A stretch of DNA of 64,000 nucleotides from Holophagales bacterium (GCA_016714815.1 JADKBZ010000016.1:116609-180608), one strand, 5' to 3'; shown: positions 54,997 through 64,000, counted from the first letter of the stretch. Numbers and translations are program-made. Notes: generated from the letters alone by a model not told the origin.

Positions 54997-55754
54997 GCGC
55001 CCTCTCCTGGCCCGAAGGAGGGGGAGCCCTCTTCTCCGGTCTTCCCGAAGGGGTCTCGGCCGGCTTCACGACCCTCGCCCTCGTCCCGGACGACCTCGAC
55101 GCGGACGCGGGGGCTCGGCGCTTCGCCGGTCTCCTCGGCGAGCCCTGTGCTCCCGTCGCGCGGCTGAAGCAGGTTCACGGGGCCGTGGTCGTGGAGCCGG
55201 GAATCGTCCCTCCTCGAGAGGTCGTCGTCGCGGGCGCCGGAGACGCCCTCGTCACGACGGAGCGGGGGCTCGTCCTGGCGATCGCCACCGCCGACTGCGT
55301 TCCGGTCGTTCTCGTCGACGCCGAGGCGGGCGCGCTCGCGGTGGTCCACGCCGGCTGGCGCGGGACGGCGGCGCGCATCGTCGACGCCGCGCTCGACGCC
55401 CTCGTGGTGCGCGGAGCGCGGATCGACCGCATCCAGGCCCTTTTCGGGCCGTCCATCTCGGGAGCCGTCTACGAGGTGGGGCCGGAGGTCCTGGCGGCGC
55501 TCGACGGGACTCTGCCGGCCGCGGCGGTGGCGCCGGGGCGTGGAGACCGGAGCTGGCTCGACGTGGCGGCGTGCAACGAGGCGGCGCTCCGGGCGCGCGG
55601 GGTCGGGGCGGACCGGATCTTCCGGCCGCGGCTCTGCACGTTCCTCGAGAAGGGGCGGTTCTCGTCCTTCCGGAGGGACGGCGCGAACGCGGGGAGGATC
55701 TATACCGGGGCGGTGCTCCGGGAACGGCCCACGGCTCCCGCGGCGCTTTCCTGA
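54984..55754 (+). CDS. pgeF: YfiH/PgeF family (laccase-domain, purine nucleoside phosphorylase-like) protein
   Basis: The conserved ADCVPVVL and HAGWRGT motifs are present. The start is uncertain; the GTG at 54984 overlaps the DUF456 gene by 13 bp. Confidence 0.8.
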   Translation: MGLLSALSWPEGGGALFSGLPEGVSAGFTTLALVPDDLDADAGARRFAGLLGEPCAPVARLKQVHGAVVVEPGIVPPREVVVAGAGDALVTTERGLVLAIATADCVPVVLVDAEAGALAVVHAGWRGTAARIVDAALDALVVRGARIDRIQALFGPSISGAVYEVGPEVLAALDGTLPAAAVAPGRGDRSWLDVAACNEAALRARGVGADRIFRPRLCTFLEKGRFSSFRRDGANAGRIYTGAVLRERPTAPAALS

Positions 55755-55781
55755 GGCCGGGCGACCTCCCGGGCGCGGCCG

Positions 55782-57611
55782 CTACTTCTTCTTCCAGGCG
55801 CCGCTTCGGGGTGGGGCCGGCTTGTCTCGCACCACGACCCGGCCCTTTCCCTCGGCCTTCGCGTCGTAGAGCGCCGCGTCGGCCGTGGCGAGGACGCCGA
55901 GGGGGTCGTGGTGCCCCGACACGACCGCGACGCCGACGCTCGCGCCGACCCGGGGGCCGTCGTAGCCCTCGGGGAGCGGGACCGCGGCCGCCCGCTCGCA
56001 GATCCTCTCGGCCGCGGCGCGGGCCTCCTCTGCGTTCGTCCCTTCGAGGAGGACGACGAACTCGTCTCCCCCGATCCGTCCGACGAGGTCCCCGGGACGG
56101 ACGGCGTCGAGGAAGATCTGCGCGAAGGCGCGCAGGAGGTCGTCCCCGGCCGCGTGCCCGGACCGGTCGTTGACCTCCTTGAAGTTGTCGAGGTCGATCA
56201 GGAGGAGGGACGAGGGGAGCCCGCGCTCGGCCCGGGCGACGAGCCGGGCGAGGTTCTCCTCGACGACGCGGCGGTTCGGGAGGTCGGTGAGAGGGTCGTG
56301 CCGCGCCAGGTGGACGATGGTCTCCTCGATGCGCTTGCGCTCGGTGACGTCGCGCTTGACGGCGACGAAGTGGGCGATCTCGCCCTTCCCGTCCCTCACG
56401 GGGGTGATCGTCTGGTCCTCGACGTAGAGCGAGCCGTCCTTGCGGCGGTTCGTGACCTCGCCCTCCCAGGTCCTGCCGGCGAGGATCGTCTTCCAGAGCT
56501 CCTCGAAGAAGGGAGGGGAGTGAAGGCCCGACTTCAGGAGGGCCGGGGTCCTCCCGACCGCTTCCTCCCGCGTGTAGCCGGTCAGGGTGGTGAACGCCGG
56601 GTTGACCCACTCGATCAGCCCGTCGCGGGCCGTGATGACGACGGAGTGCCTCACGCCGTCGAGGGCGAGCGACTGGAGCTCGATCTCGGTCAGTCCGGCG
56701 GCGTGGTCGAGAGAGAGCGAGACCTGCTGCGTCAGGCGGCGCACGAGGTCGACCGTCCTCGGGTCGAAGGCGTCGGCGCGCCGGGCGTGGACCGTGAGGG
56801 CACCGAGGACGGTGCCCCGGGCGGTGAGCGGGAGGGCGATGGAGGCGCCGATCTCCCGGCCCGCGTCGCGGTTCCTCCAGGAGAGGCCGAACGAGGAGTC
56901 GCGCTCGGCCTCGACCCTCTGGACGGTCCCCGTCCGGATCGCCGCCCCGGTGATCCCGCCTTCCGTGGACGGGACGTCCCAGCGGACCTCCTGAGCGTTC
57001 GCGCACGGCGCGTTCGGCCCGGCGATGCCGCTCAGCCGGACGGTTCCGTCGGCCTGGCGCTGGCCGATGGAGACGAGCGCGAAACGGAAGATGCCGGCGA
57101 CGCGGTGGCAGATGAAGGAGTGAATCGAGTCGAGGGGCTCGCGCTGGAGGAGCCGGCTGTTCACCTCGGCCAGCAGGGCGAGGACCTCCTCGTTGCGCCT
57201 CGCTTCCGTCCGGTCGACGCCGACGGCCCAGGCGTCCCAGCCGTCCACCGGGTAGGTCAGGGAGAGGCTCGACCACGAGACGGTCTTCACCGTCCCGTGT
57301 TTCGTCGTCAGCTCGGTCTCGACGTTGCGGAAGGCCCGTCCGTGGTGCTGCCGCAGCTCGCTCATCCGGGCGCGCTGCAGCGGGTCGGGATAGAGCAGGT
57401 GGAACACGTTCGCGTTCCCGAGGACTTCCTGGGATGTGTAGCCCGTGACCCGTTCGCACTCGTGGTTCCAGAAGGCGAACAGCCCGTCCCTGTCCACGGC
57501 GCTCACCAGAACGGGGAGCCCGTTCAGGACGAGCCGCAGCTCGGACAGCTCCGCCCAGAGCGTCTGAAGCTCGGGGACGTGGTCGAAGCTGAGACTCTCT
57601 GGGAGCTTCAT
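55782..57611 (-). CDS. PAS-GAF-PAS-GGDEF diguanylate cyclase
   Basis: C-terminal GGDEF domain ([21 protein letters not shown]...RIGGDEFVV). Upstream are PAS-like ([43 protein letters not shown]) and GAF-like segments. Confidence 0.85.
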   Translation of the reverse strand: MKLPESLSFDHVPELQTLWAELSELRLVLNGLPVLVSAVDRDGLFAFWNHECERVTGYTSQEVLGNANVFHLLYPDPLQRARMSELRQHHGRAFRNVETELTTKHGTVKTVSWSSLSLTYPVDGWDAWAVGVDRTEARRNEEVLALLAEVNSRLLQREPLDSIHSFICHRVAGIFRFALVSIGQRQADGTVRLSGIAGPNAPCANAQEVRWDVPSTEGGITGAAIRTGTVQRVEAERDSSFGLSWRNRDAGREIGASIALPLTARGTVLGALTVHARRADAFDPRTVDLVRRLTQQVSLSLDHAAGLTEIELQSLALDGVRHSVVITARDGLIEWVNPAFTTLTGYTREEAVGRTPALLKSGLHSPPFFEELWKTILAGRTWEGEVTNRRKDGSLYVEDQTITPVRDGKGEIAHFVAVKRDVTERKRIEETIVHLARHDPLTDLPNRRVVEENLARLVARAERGLPSSLLLIDLDNFKEVNDRSGHAAGDDLLRAFAQIFLDAVRPGDLVGRIGGDEFVVLLEGTNAEEARAAAERICERAAAVPLPEGYDGPRVGASVGVAVVSGHHDPLGVLATADAALYDAKAEGKGRVVVRDKPAPPRSGAWKKK

Positions 57612-57768
57612 GGACCTCCGGGGGGAAGGAACGTGGAGACGGACTCTCTACAGGGGGCGCTGCGGGCAAATGATCGGGAATCCGGTGGCGCCCCGTCAAG
57701 GTTTTCTTTTCCCGGTCCGAATCGGGCCGGCCCGGGCGCCGGCCGGCGGTTCCCGTAGACTCCGGCGC

Positions 57769-58480
57769 GTGCCGAAAAGAGCTGATCTGAAGTCGATCCT
57801 GGTCCTCGGTTCCGGGCCGATCATCATCGGCCAGGCGTGCGAGTTCGACTACTCGGGGACCCTGCCTGCGTCCTGCGCAAGGAAGGGTTCCGGGTCGTTC
57901 TCGTCAACTCGAACCCGGCGACGATCATGACCGACCCGGACTTCGCCGACGCGACCTACATCGAGCCGCTCGACGTCGCGACCGTGGAGAAGGTCATCGC
58001 GAGGGAGCGCCCCGACGCCCTCCTCCCGACGGTCGGCGGGCAGACGGCGCTGAACCTCGCGGTCGCCCTCGACAAGGCCGGTGTCCTCGCCCGGTACGGC
58101 GTGGAGCTCCTCGGCGCCTCGGCGCACTCGGTGGAGCTGGGGGAGGACCGTCTCCTCTTCAAGGAGGCGATGCAGAAGGCGGGGCGTCGACGTCCTGCGC
58201 TCCGGCATGGCCCGGACCGTCGACGAGGGCGCGAGATCGCGCACCCGTTCGGCTTCCCGGTCGTCGTCCGCCCCTCCTACACGCTCGGCGGCACGGGAGG
58301 CGGGATCGCTTTCAACGCCGACGACTTCCAGGCGATCGTCAAGCGCGGCCTCCTCCTCTCGCCCGTCAATGAGATGCGTCACGCGGCCGAGCGTCTCTGC
58401 AAAGGCGTCCCATCGCCCGAACGGCTTCCGCGAATCGTCCCGAGTCAAATATCAGGAAGCCTCAGTAACCACCAACCGCG
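57769..58480 (+). pseudogene. carB: carB (carbamoyl-phosphate synthase large subunit) remnant: first ~200 codons only, with at least three frameshifts, truncated at an island boundary
   Basis: [31 protein letters not shown] then shifts frame to ...[36 protein letters not shown]... The GVDVLRSGMARTVDEGA segment is again out of frame. Homology to CarB fades after GLLLSP (about 58.37 kb), and the remaining ~2.5 kb of the gene is absent. Confidence 0.7.
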
Positions 58481-58550
58481 GGTAAACGTGGCCTGCCACT
58501 CGTAAGACGTCAATTCCCTCGACGCGAGGGAACCCTCGGAGGCAATCGTC

Positions 58551-59183
58551 GTGGGACCAGAGCAGCACCTTCATCTGGGAGCGGTCGAGACGTTTCTGCG
58601 CCAGATAGGGACAGTTCGTCGGCAACCCCCATCCGGAGATTCTGGAATTCGCCTACCTGCATTCAAATCAGGTGACATCTGGGCCGCCGCTCAGGTCGTC
58701 GTTGCTCATCGCCACCTGACCAGTCGCCGCCGCAGAATCGCTTTGGTACCTGATGAGCCAGCAGCAGGCCCCGGGCCTGAAACCACGGTCGCTGGCTTCC
58801 CTCGAGCAGGCGCAAGGAAGCGATTCGACGTGTCGAGCGGGCTCCGCCAGGCTCTCGGTCTCGATGGCGGCGTCGAGTATCCGGTGCAACTCAAGGCCAT
58901 CGATCTTGCCGACGAGAGCCGGCCACAGATCATTGTGCCTCTGACACCCCTCGAGAACCTCGACCAGCTAGAGACTCTTAAGAAGACGCTAGGCCGTAGC
59001 AGCCCGGGCGAGCTATTCCCGCATGAGCTGACGCGCTCGGATCTCGTCAGGTCGGGGCGGTGGTCGATGGCTATCCTGAAGGAACTGGGTAAGAAACGTT
59101 TCGATCATGCCAGGATGCCCGGCCTTGGCGGCTCTTTGCAACCAACGATGCTGCGCAATCACCTCGTGGGAGGCGTCATTTAG
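58551..59183 (+). CDS. hypothetical protein (lower-GC island)
   Basis: An ORF with no recognised motifs. It may be a gene fragment. Confidence 0.3.
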   Translation: MGPEQHLHLGAVETFLRQIGTVRRQPPSGDSGIRLPAFKSGDIWAAAQVVVAHRHLTSRRRRIALVPDEPAAGPGPETTVAGFPRAGARKRFDVSSGLRQALGLDGGVEYPVQLKAIDLADESRPQIIVPLTPLENLDQLETLKKTLGRSSPGELFPHELTRSDLVRSGRWSMAILKELGKKRFDHARMPGLGGSLQPTMLRNHLVGGVI

Positions 59184-59982
59184 GCGGCAGTCTGCGACAA
59201 CCGAGACATCGAGCGCCACCCGCACCCGTTGTCGCAGACTGGCCAAGGCCTTCAAGTCACTGTCAAGATCAGCCTTCTACTCGACGGAAGTCAACTCCCA
59301 GCCGTTCCAGATCGCTGCCGACGCGTTCGAGCCCTATGTCTCAAGCAAAGGAGAGGCGGAACGGCTGGCTGTGCTTCGCCCATATCTTCTGGATAGCGGC
59401 CTAGATGCTCTCCCTCCGGCTACAGGCCTGTTCTGGGTGAAGGAAGCGTGCAGAGAGTTCGGCGCGCTTCTGGAGGTGCGCTCCGGACCCTTCGTGCTGG
59501 TTTGGGATTTCGCCGACGAGCCACACCAGAACCGTCCGAGAGTATTTAGCAGGATCAAGGCATGGTCTACCCGGCCGGTGTCACTCTATCCACTTTCTGG
59601 AGTGCAGGTTGCGGTCCGGATTCCCCTTACGCAAACGCAGAAGCGTTCGACCAACGCGCTTACGAAGGCCCTAAGCAGCGACCGAGCGCCGTCAGTGGTG
59701 CTACGGCCGGGTCTAGATGATGACGGGCCGGGCAGCTCGTCGCCGGATGACGAACAGGGACACCGCCTGCTCTCGGTCAGGGACAAGATAACCGCCATCG
59801 GCATCGCGCAGGGCCGTCTAAAGAGCGACGTTTCCCGTCTCATCGCGATTGACATTCTCGGCCTAAGACTGGACACCAAGGTCATGTATGTTCTGGGTGC
59901 GGAGATACTTTCGCGACGCCAAAGCCGGGCGGATGAACCTGGTGCTGCTCAATGCAGACTCGCTATTGGTGCACAAGACTGA
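59107..59982 (+). CDS. hypothetical protein (lower-GC island); it overlaps its neighbours in other frames and may be degraded
   Basis: An ORF with no recognised motifs. Confidence 0.25.
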   Translation: MPGCPALAALCNQRCCAITSWEASFRRQSATTETSSATRTRCRRLAKAFKSLSRSAFYSTEVNSQPFQIAADAFEPYVSSKGEAERLAVLRPYLLDSGLDALPPATGLFWVKEACREFGALLEVRSGPFVLVWDFADEPHQNRPRVFSRIKAWSTRPVSLYPLSGVQVAVRIPLTQTQKRSTNALTKALSSDRAPSVVLRPGLDDDGPGSSSPDDEQGHRLLSVRDKITAIGIAQGRLKSDVSRLIAIDILGLRLDTKVMYVLGAEILSRRQSRADEPGAAQCRLAIGAQD

Positions 59983-62900
59983 GTTTGAGCGCTTGGTACG
60001 CGAGGGCCGCGAGGAGGCGAACGGACCTCGATGCTCGGGTGTCATCGCGTTTGACAGTGGGGGCGGGGTCCACTTTTTAGGGTTGGGCTCCGATGCAGAG
60101 AACGCACTGCTTCAAGCCTTGGAGGCGGAACCGACGGATCAAGTGGAGACCCTGCTGACTCTGGAGACTAGGTATCCGGAAGTGATGCCGCTACTCGGAG
60201 ACGACCTCGCCAACCGGCGTCTTCGGTTGGCGGTTGACAAAGAGACGGTTCTTAGGGCGGCGCAAGACACAGCATCGGCACTCCTGAAAGCCTGGTTGCA
60301 GCACGAGAAGAGCCCAGCGGCCTATTGCGATCGTTGGTTCTTGCTCCCCTCCCGTTCGTATTCCTCAGGATTCTTTGAAGTTAGACAACTCTTGCTTCAC
60401 TCGGGTGCCTCGACGGCCTTCCGAGTCTGGTTGACTGCAGAGCTACGACGATACTCTCCGACGGCCATTGTGACGCTGGGTCGGGTGGCGACGGACCTAC
60501 TCCGGGACGCCTGGCCGGACGGCGAAGGGGCGCCAAGAAGGATCTCGATTCCGGATCCGCATGAACCCATGGCTTTGTCGCGGGTGTCGGAGATACCGAG
60601 GAACAGCCGGGTCGCCTTCTTTTCCGACGTGATCGGAAGCGGAAGGACCATAGCGGCCGCAATTGGCCGCGTGCCTCAGGGTGCATCGGCGGTTGTGCTA
60701 ACGGTCGTGGACGCTCGCACGGAAGAGGATTCCCCCGAGGAGGGCGCGACGCATCAGAGTGGCGTGGAAGTCCGGTCGATCCTGCGTCGTCCCCTCGTTC
60801 TTCGAGCCCGCCTCGAATCGAAGGACAGGGCGGAGGCGTGGGAGATCGATCCAGACACGCACGCGCCCCTCTCTTCAGAGGGCCGTCGCCCGGAGGCCAT
60901 CAGGGGAGATTTCGGCGCATTCTTGAATGCGTGTGAGGGCCTTCCGGGGGTTCTGCGATCTGGGCACTTCACTTCAGGTGGGAATCACCTCAGCTACCTG
61001 TTCGACTTCGGCGCATACCTAGAGAGCGGTGACTCGCTCGGTTTGGTGGAGTTGCTTCGGTCAGAGTACGCGAAAGCGCTCGAGGGAGGCACGCCGGACG
61101 CGATCCTGTACCCCACCGACTCCCCCGGAATGCGCCAGTTGGCAGAGACGTTGGCCAAGCCCCTCCTGATCCCAGCGGTTGTGGGAATCGAGAAAGAACA
61201 CCTCGAGAAGAGGAGAGCGCGAGCGAGAGCAGAGCGGTCCCTTGTGAGGGCTCTCGTTCTAGATGATGCCGCGGGGAGTGGAATCACGATCCGTGCATTC
61301 GTGGATCTTGCGGCCCGTTGGGGGGCTGAGCGGATCGTTGTAATCGTTCTCCTGAACCGTTGTTCTGACCGGGACGCGAGAGGTCTTGAGGGAATGAGGA
61401 GGTACGGCGGCGCCGCCGTAGACTTGCGCTTCGTGTTCGACGCGAACATCCCCGTCTATAGGAGCTCCGACTGTCCCCTTTGCGCTATTGACGCGCGCCT
61501 GAGGGCCATCGAGATGGATGCCCGCCGGGAGGGGTTTCAGGTGCTTGTGGAGCACATTCAGGCGAGGCGTATGCGGAACAGTCCTCAGTTGGTGGCGGGC
61601 AGGGAGATCGGAGGAGTGAAGGCGACGGGCTGGACGACGCTCGCACGAGAGTTGGAGCTTCGTAGACAGCTTGAACGGGCTCGCGTGAACCATGTCGACC
61701 GAGAAGAACTCGTGGACCTCATTTCGCGAACGAGCCCTTTCGACAGTCACTTCTTTGCGCTCATGACAGTCCTTGGGCGAGAGGCGGGGGCGGTCCTGCC
61801 AGCGCAGGAGGGGTTCCGAGACAGTTCCCAGAGTTCGTTAGCCGATGCAGTCTTCGAGCGAGGTCTCGCACTTCTGGGGAGAGAAGACGAGTTGGCGGAC
61901 GCGGAGCTTGAAATAGTGGTGCGCGCGCTTCGAACCGTGTGGCCCGAGCGGTTCCTGGTCGAGTGGAGGGCGTTTCGAAGGGCGGGCGCGCGAGTCACGA
62001 GAGACTGCATCTTCGCCACGGAGGTGCTGCTGGCGATGCAGGCGGAAGGAGAAAGGGAGAGGTTCGGCAGGGTGGCGGAGGCCTTCCGAGGGATCGGTGA
62101 GGGGCAACCGGCGCTATGGGTGCCGGATGCGCCGAGGCCACCCGTGCCGGATCTCGTCAGAAGCGTTCTAAAACACCTCAGGCACGGATTCGTTGGAAGG
62201 GTGACGTGGTTGCGAACCCTGGTCGGGAGGATCAAGAAGAGCGCCAAGGACGCGGCGAAGGAACGAGAAGCGCGAGAGACGTTGGAGCTGTACTGGGATG
62301 GAACCCTAGCGGAGATCGAGCGAGAGCTGATTGTCCGAGCGGTGGATCTGTATCAGGAAGTCTCGGAGCTGCCGGGACTTGCGGTGAGCGCCCGCGACAT
62401 TCGGCAGGGCACCGTTGAGCTTATGGCGGCGTTGGAGGATTGTCGGCGGCGCCGCGCGGGGCTTTCCCGCGGATCGGATGCGAACGAGTGGCTGCTCGAA
62501 GCGCTCGACAACGATCTGGAGCGAGTCTGCAGCTTTGTTGAGAGCTCAAGGCGGGGCCTTCTCTACCGGGGCACGCGCGCGCTGGTCAGCGATGTCGCGG
62601 CGGCGATTAGGAGGGTGGATGAGGAACCACGGTACCAGGAGATGGTCCGGAACCTCGGTATACAGCTGGCAACCCAGGGCGCCGAGAGGGGCACTCGGCT
62701 CTACGGATTGGTCCCGGCCAGTGAGCTCGACGAGCTGCTCGAGATCCTCGTGTCAAACTGGACGCATGCGTTTGAGGGGGCGCCGATGAGAGGACGGCGA
62801 GCGCGCGTGGTCTTGATCGAGGAAGCCGACATCCTGACGCTGCGAGTCCAGATCATGGACAACGGCCGACTCGACGAGACCCGGGAGTCGGGGTTGGGAC

Positions 62901-63031
62901 TAGAGAAGGCCCGGCGTATCGTGCAGGCGCTCAATGGGGAGTGGCAAAAACCGGCTGTTCGGGAGATAGAGGGGGAGCGGTGGACGGTTGGCTGGATTTA
63001 TGGGTGCCGTTCGGTGCAACGTCGCATGTGA
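59888..63031 (+). CDS. 1047-aa protein with two degenerate phosphoribosyltransferase (PRTase)-like domains and a C-terminal GHKL/HATPase_c domain; putative sensor kinase of a Detocs-like defence module
   Basis: PRTase-like PRPP-loop patterns: RVAFFSDVIGSGRTIAAAIGRVPQGASAVVLTVVD and RALVLDDAAGSGITIRAFVDLAARWGAERIVVIVLLNR. The C-terminus has an N box LLEILVSNWTHAF, a G1 box IMDNGRLDE and a G2 box GLGLEKARRIVQALNG. No clear H box was identified. An alternative start is the ATG at 59933. Confidence 0.55.
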   Translation: MFWVRRYFRDAKAGRMNLVLLNADSLLVHKTEFERLVREGREEANGPRCSGVIAFDSGGGVHFLGLGSDAENALLQALEAEPTDQVETLLTLETRYPEVMPLLGDDLANRRLRLAVDKETVLRAAQDTASALLKAWLQHEKSPAAYCDRWFLLPSRSYSSGFFEVRQLLLHSGASTAFRVWLTAELRRYSPTAIVTLGRVATDLLRDAWPDGEGAPRRISIPDPHEPMALSRVSEIPRNSRVAFFSDVIGSGRTIAAAIGRVPQGASAVVLTVVDARTEEDSPEEGATHQSGVEVRSILRRPLVLRARLESKDRAEAWEIDPDTHAPLSSEGRRPEAIRGDFGAFLNACEGLPGVLRSGHFTSGGNHLSYLFDFGAYLESGDSLGLVELLRSEYAKALEGGTPDAILYPTDSPGMRQLAETLAKPLLIPAVVGIEKEHLEKRRARARAERSLVRALVLDDAAGSGITIRAFVDLAARWGAERIVVIVLLNRCSDRDARGLEGMRRYGGAAVDLRFVFDANIPVYRSSDCPLCAIDARLRAIEMDARREGFQVLVEHIQARRMRNSPQLVAGREIGGVKATGWTTLARELELRRQLERARVNHVDREELVDLISRTSPFDSHFFALMTVLGREAGAVLPAQEGFRDSSQSSLADAVFERGLALLGREDELADAELEIVVRALRTVWPERFLVEWRAFRRAGARVTRDCIFATEVLLAMQAEGERERFGRVAEAFRGIGEGQPALWVPDAPRPPVPDLVRSVLKHLRHGFVGRVTWLRTLVGRIKKSAKDAAKEREARETLELYWDGTLAEIERELIVRAVDLYQEVSELPGLAVSARDIRQGTVELMAALEDCRRRRAGLSRGSDANEWLLEALDNDLERVCSFVESSRRGLLYRGTRALVSDVAAAIRRVDEEPRYQEMVRNLGIQLATQGAERGTRLYGLVPASELDELLEILVSNWTHAFEGAPMRGRRARVVLIEEADILTLRVQIMDNGRLDETRESGLGLEKARRIVQALNGEWQKPAVREIEGERWTVGWIYGCRSVQRRM

Positions 63032-63051
63032 CCTCGACTAGGAGGCGATTG

Positions 63052-63576
63052 ATGACAGAGCCCGAGATCCTCATAGTGGTTGACGATCGCCCCATGGACG
63101 TGAAGGCACTCAAGGACGCGCTAAAGTACGAGGGCCTCAGCGACGAGTTCAGCGTCATCGCTGTCGTGCCCGAGGAAGAGCACAAATATGTGGAGGGATC
63201 GGTACGACAGATTTCGCTCGGGCTCGCGGAACACGGACCGAGGGTTGCGGCCATCCTACTGGACTTGTCCTTTGAGGAACCGACGAGCCGAGACGGCGGA
63301 CTCTGGGGTGGCCTTAGGATTGCCAAGAAGCTGCGCGCTGGTAGGCCGACAGTTCCGATCATCGCGTTTACCGCGCTTCCGGCAAGCTCTCTGGATCTGA
63401 GGGAGTTGACGTTCTCTGACGCGCTTGATGGAGTGCTGCCAAAGCGGTGGGTGTTGGGAGAGGAATTCACCGCCGATGAATTCAGGAGATGCATCCGAAT
63501 GGCGAGAGAGAGAAGGGGCGAGCTACCTCCCAGAGACGAGACGAGCGCGTCCAGTCGGGTCGGCTACACGGGATAG
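63052..63576 (+). CDS. stand-alone receiver (REC) domain protein with a ~50-aa C-terminal tail
   Basis: SD AGGAGG sits before the ATG at 63052. The acidic pocket (ILIVVDD) and a phospho-acceptor Asp (AILLDLSF) are present, along with T (IIAFTAL) and K (VLPK). Confidence 0.75.
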   Translation: MTEPEILIVVDDRPMDVKALKDALKYEGLSDEFSVIAVVPEEEHKYVEGSVRQISLGLAEHGPRVAAILLDLSFEEPTSRDGGLWGGLRIAKKLRAGRPTVPIIAFTALPASSLDLRELTFSDALDGVLPKRWVLGEEFTADEFRRCIRMARERRGELPPRDETSASSRVGYTG

Positions 63577-63597
63577 TGGTAGCCGCAGCGTGAGCAG

Positions 63598-64000
63598 ATG
63601 GAGCTATCGACGCTTGAGAGAGAGCTGGGAACGGAGGACAGGTGGGAGGAGCAGGGCGGCATGACCTGGAGGTTGGGGACCTTGAGAGGGCAGCGTGTTG
63701 CTCTGCTGGCAGCGGGTGAGATGGGCCTTGTCGCAGGGGCTAAGCTGGCAAGCGCCGGCGTGCGTCTGTTTGATGCGAAGACGTTGGTGCTCGTCGGGAC
63801 GTGCGCTGGAAGGGCGGCGAAGGGCGTGAAGTGCGGAGATGTTGCCATTCCGGCAGCTTGCTTCAACTACCAGTTCGGGGAGTTCAAGGAGGGTCGATTT
63901 CTTCGACGGCTTGCGATGGAACGAGTGTTTGCAATACCGCTTCACCGCGGCGGTCGTGTCATTGTTGGGCCGGACCGGCTCCTCGGGGCATGCTTCCAAC
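63598..64000 (+). CDS. PNP/MTAN-family nucleoside phosphorylase-like protein, 5' part only (truncated by the window end); candidate effector
   Basis: GGMTWRLGTLRGQRVALLAAGEMGLVAGAKLASAGVRLFDAKTLVLVGTCAGRAAKGVKCGDVAIPAACFNYQF aligns with the MTAN core ([51 protein letters not shown]...VGDIVVS). It is in the same frame as the REC gene, after TAG-TGG-TAG. Confidence 0.55.
   Translation, partial: MELSTLERELGTEDRWEEQGGMTWRLGTLRGQRVALLAAGEMGLVAGAKLASAGVRLFDAKTLVLVGTCAGRAAKGVKCGDVAIPAACFNYQFGEFKEGRFLRRLAMERVFAIPLHRGGRVIVGPDRLLGACFQ

Noticed and set aside
1-64000. CRISPR arrays, tRNA/rRNA genes, integrases, transposases and IS elements
   Set aside because: None was found on reading the sequence. 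The only regular tandem repeats are coding: ACP units, Vgb propeller blades and Pro/Ala linkers. No tRNA-like cloverleaf regions or recombinase motifs were seen at either island boundary, so no mobile-element call is made.
58368-64000. Calling the whole lower-GC terminal region a prophage or integrative element
   Set aside because: No phage structural, integrase or att-site evidence was found. Only compositional deviation and a disrupted carB are observable, so it is described as an island of unknown origin.

Overview
The window is 64 kb of high-GC (~68-72%) bacterial chromosome. An acidobacterial-type VWFA protein points toward Acidobacteria, but the taxonomic call is weak. The 5' third holds housekeeping genes: an ECF sigma factor with an ABC-2 exporter, ndk, pepP and an RluA-family pseudouridine synthase. 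From 7.4-24.9 kb lies a complete myxobacterial-style PUFA/secondary-lipid synthase cluster. It consists of a TetR regulator, a PfaD enoyl reductase, a PfaA-like KS-AT-2xACP-KR-DH protein and a Pfa3-like KS-CLF-AT-DH-DH-AGPAT protein. Downstream, a LysR-controlled five-gene lipid operon (SDR, WS/DGAT wax/TAG synthase, alpha/beta hydrolase, acyl-CoA dehydrogenase and an APH-like kinase) has overlapping start and stop codons. Diverged copies of the 3' ends of the DAHP synthase and pfa3 genes reappear 9-16 kb downstream, each without its stop codon. A 1.2-kb flotillin repeat, 5'-truncated in one copy, brackets a 4.2-kb lower-GC island carrying an S8 peptidase, next to an intact nfeD-flotillin-flotillin operon. 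At 57.8 kb a frameshifted and truncated carB remnant marks the edge of a second lower-GC island. That island ends in a three-gene phosphorelay-like module, cut by the window end. It comprises a 1047-aa protein with two degenerate PRTase-like domains plus a C-terminal GHKL/HATPase_c domain, a receiver (REC) domain, and a PNP/MTAN-family phosphorylase in the same frame as the REC gene after two TAG codons. This looks like a Detocs-like anti-phage system with an undescribed sensor architecture. No tRNA, rRNA, CRISPR, integrase or transposase was found. Many long ORFs in the supplied track are antisense shadows typical of high-GC DNA.
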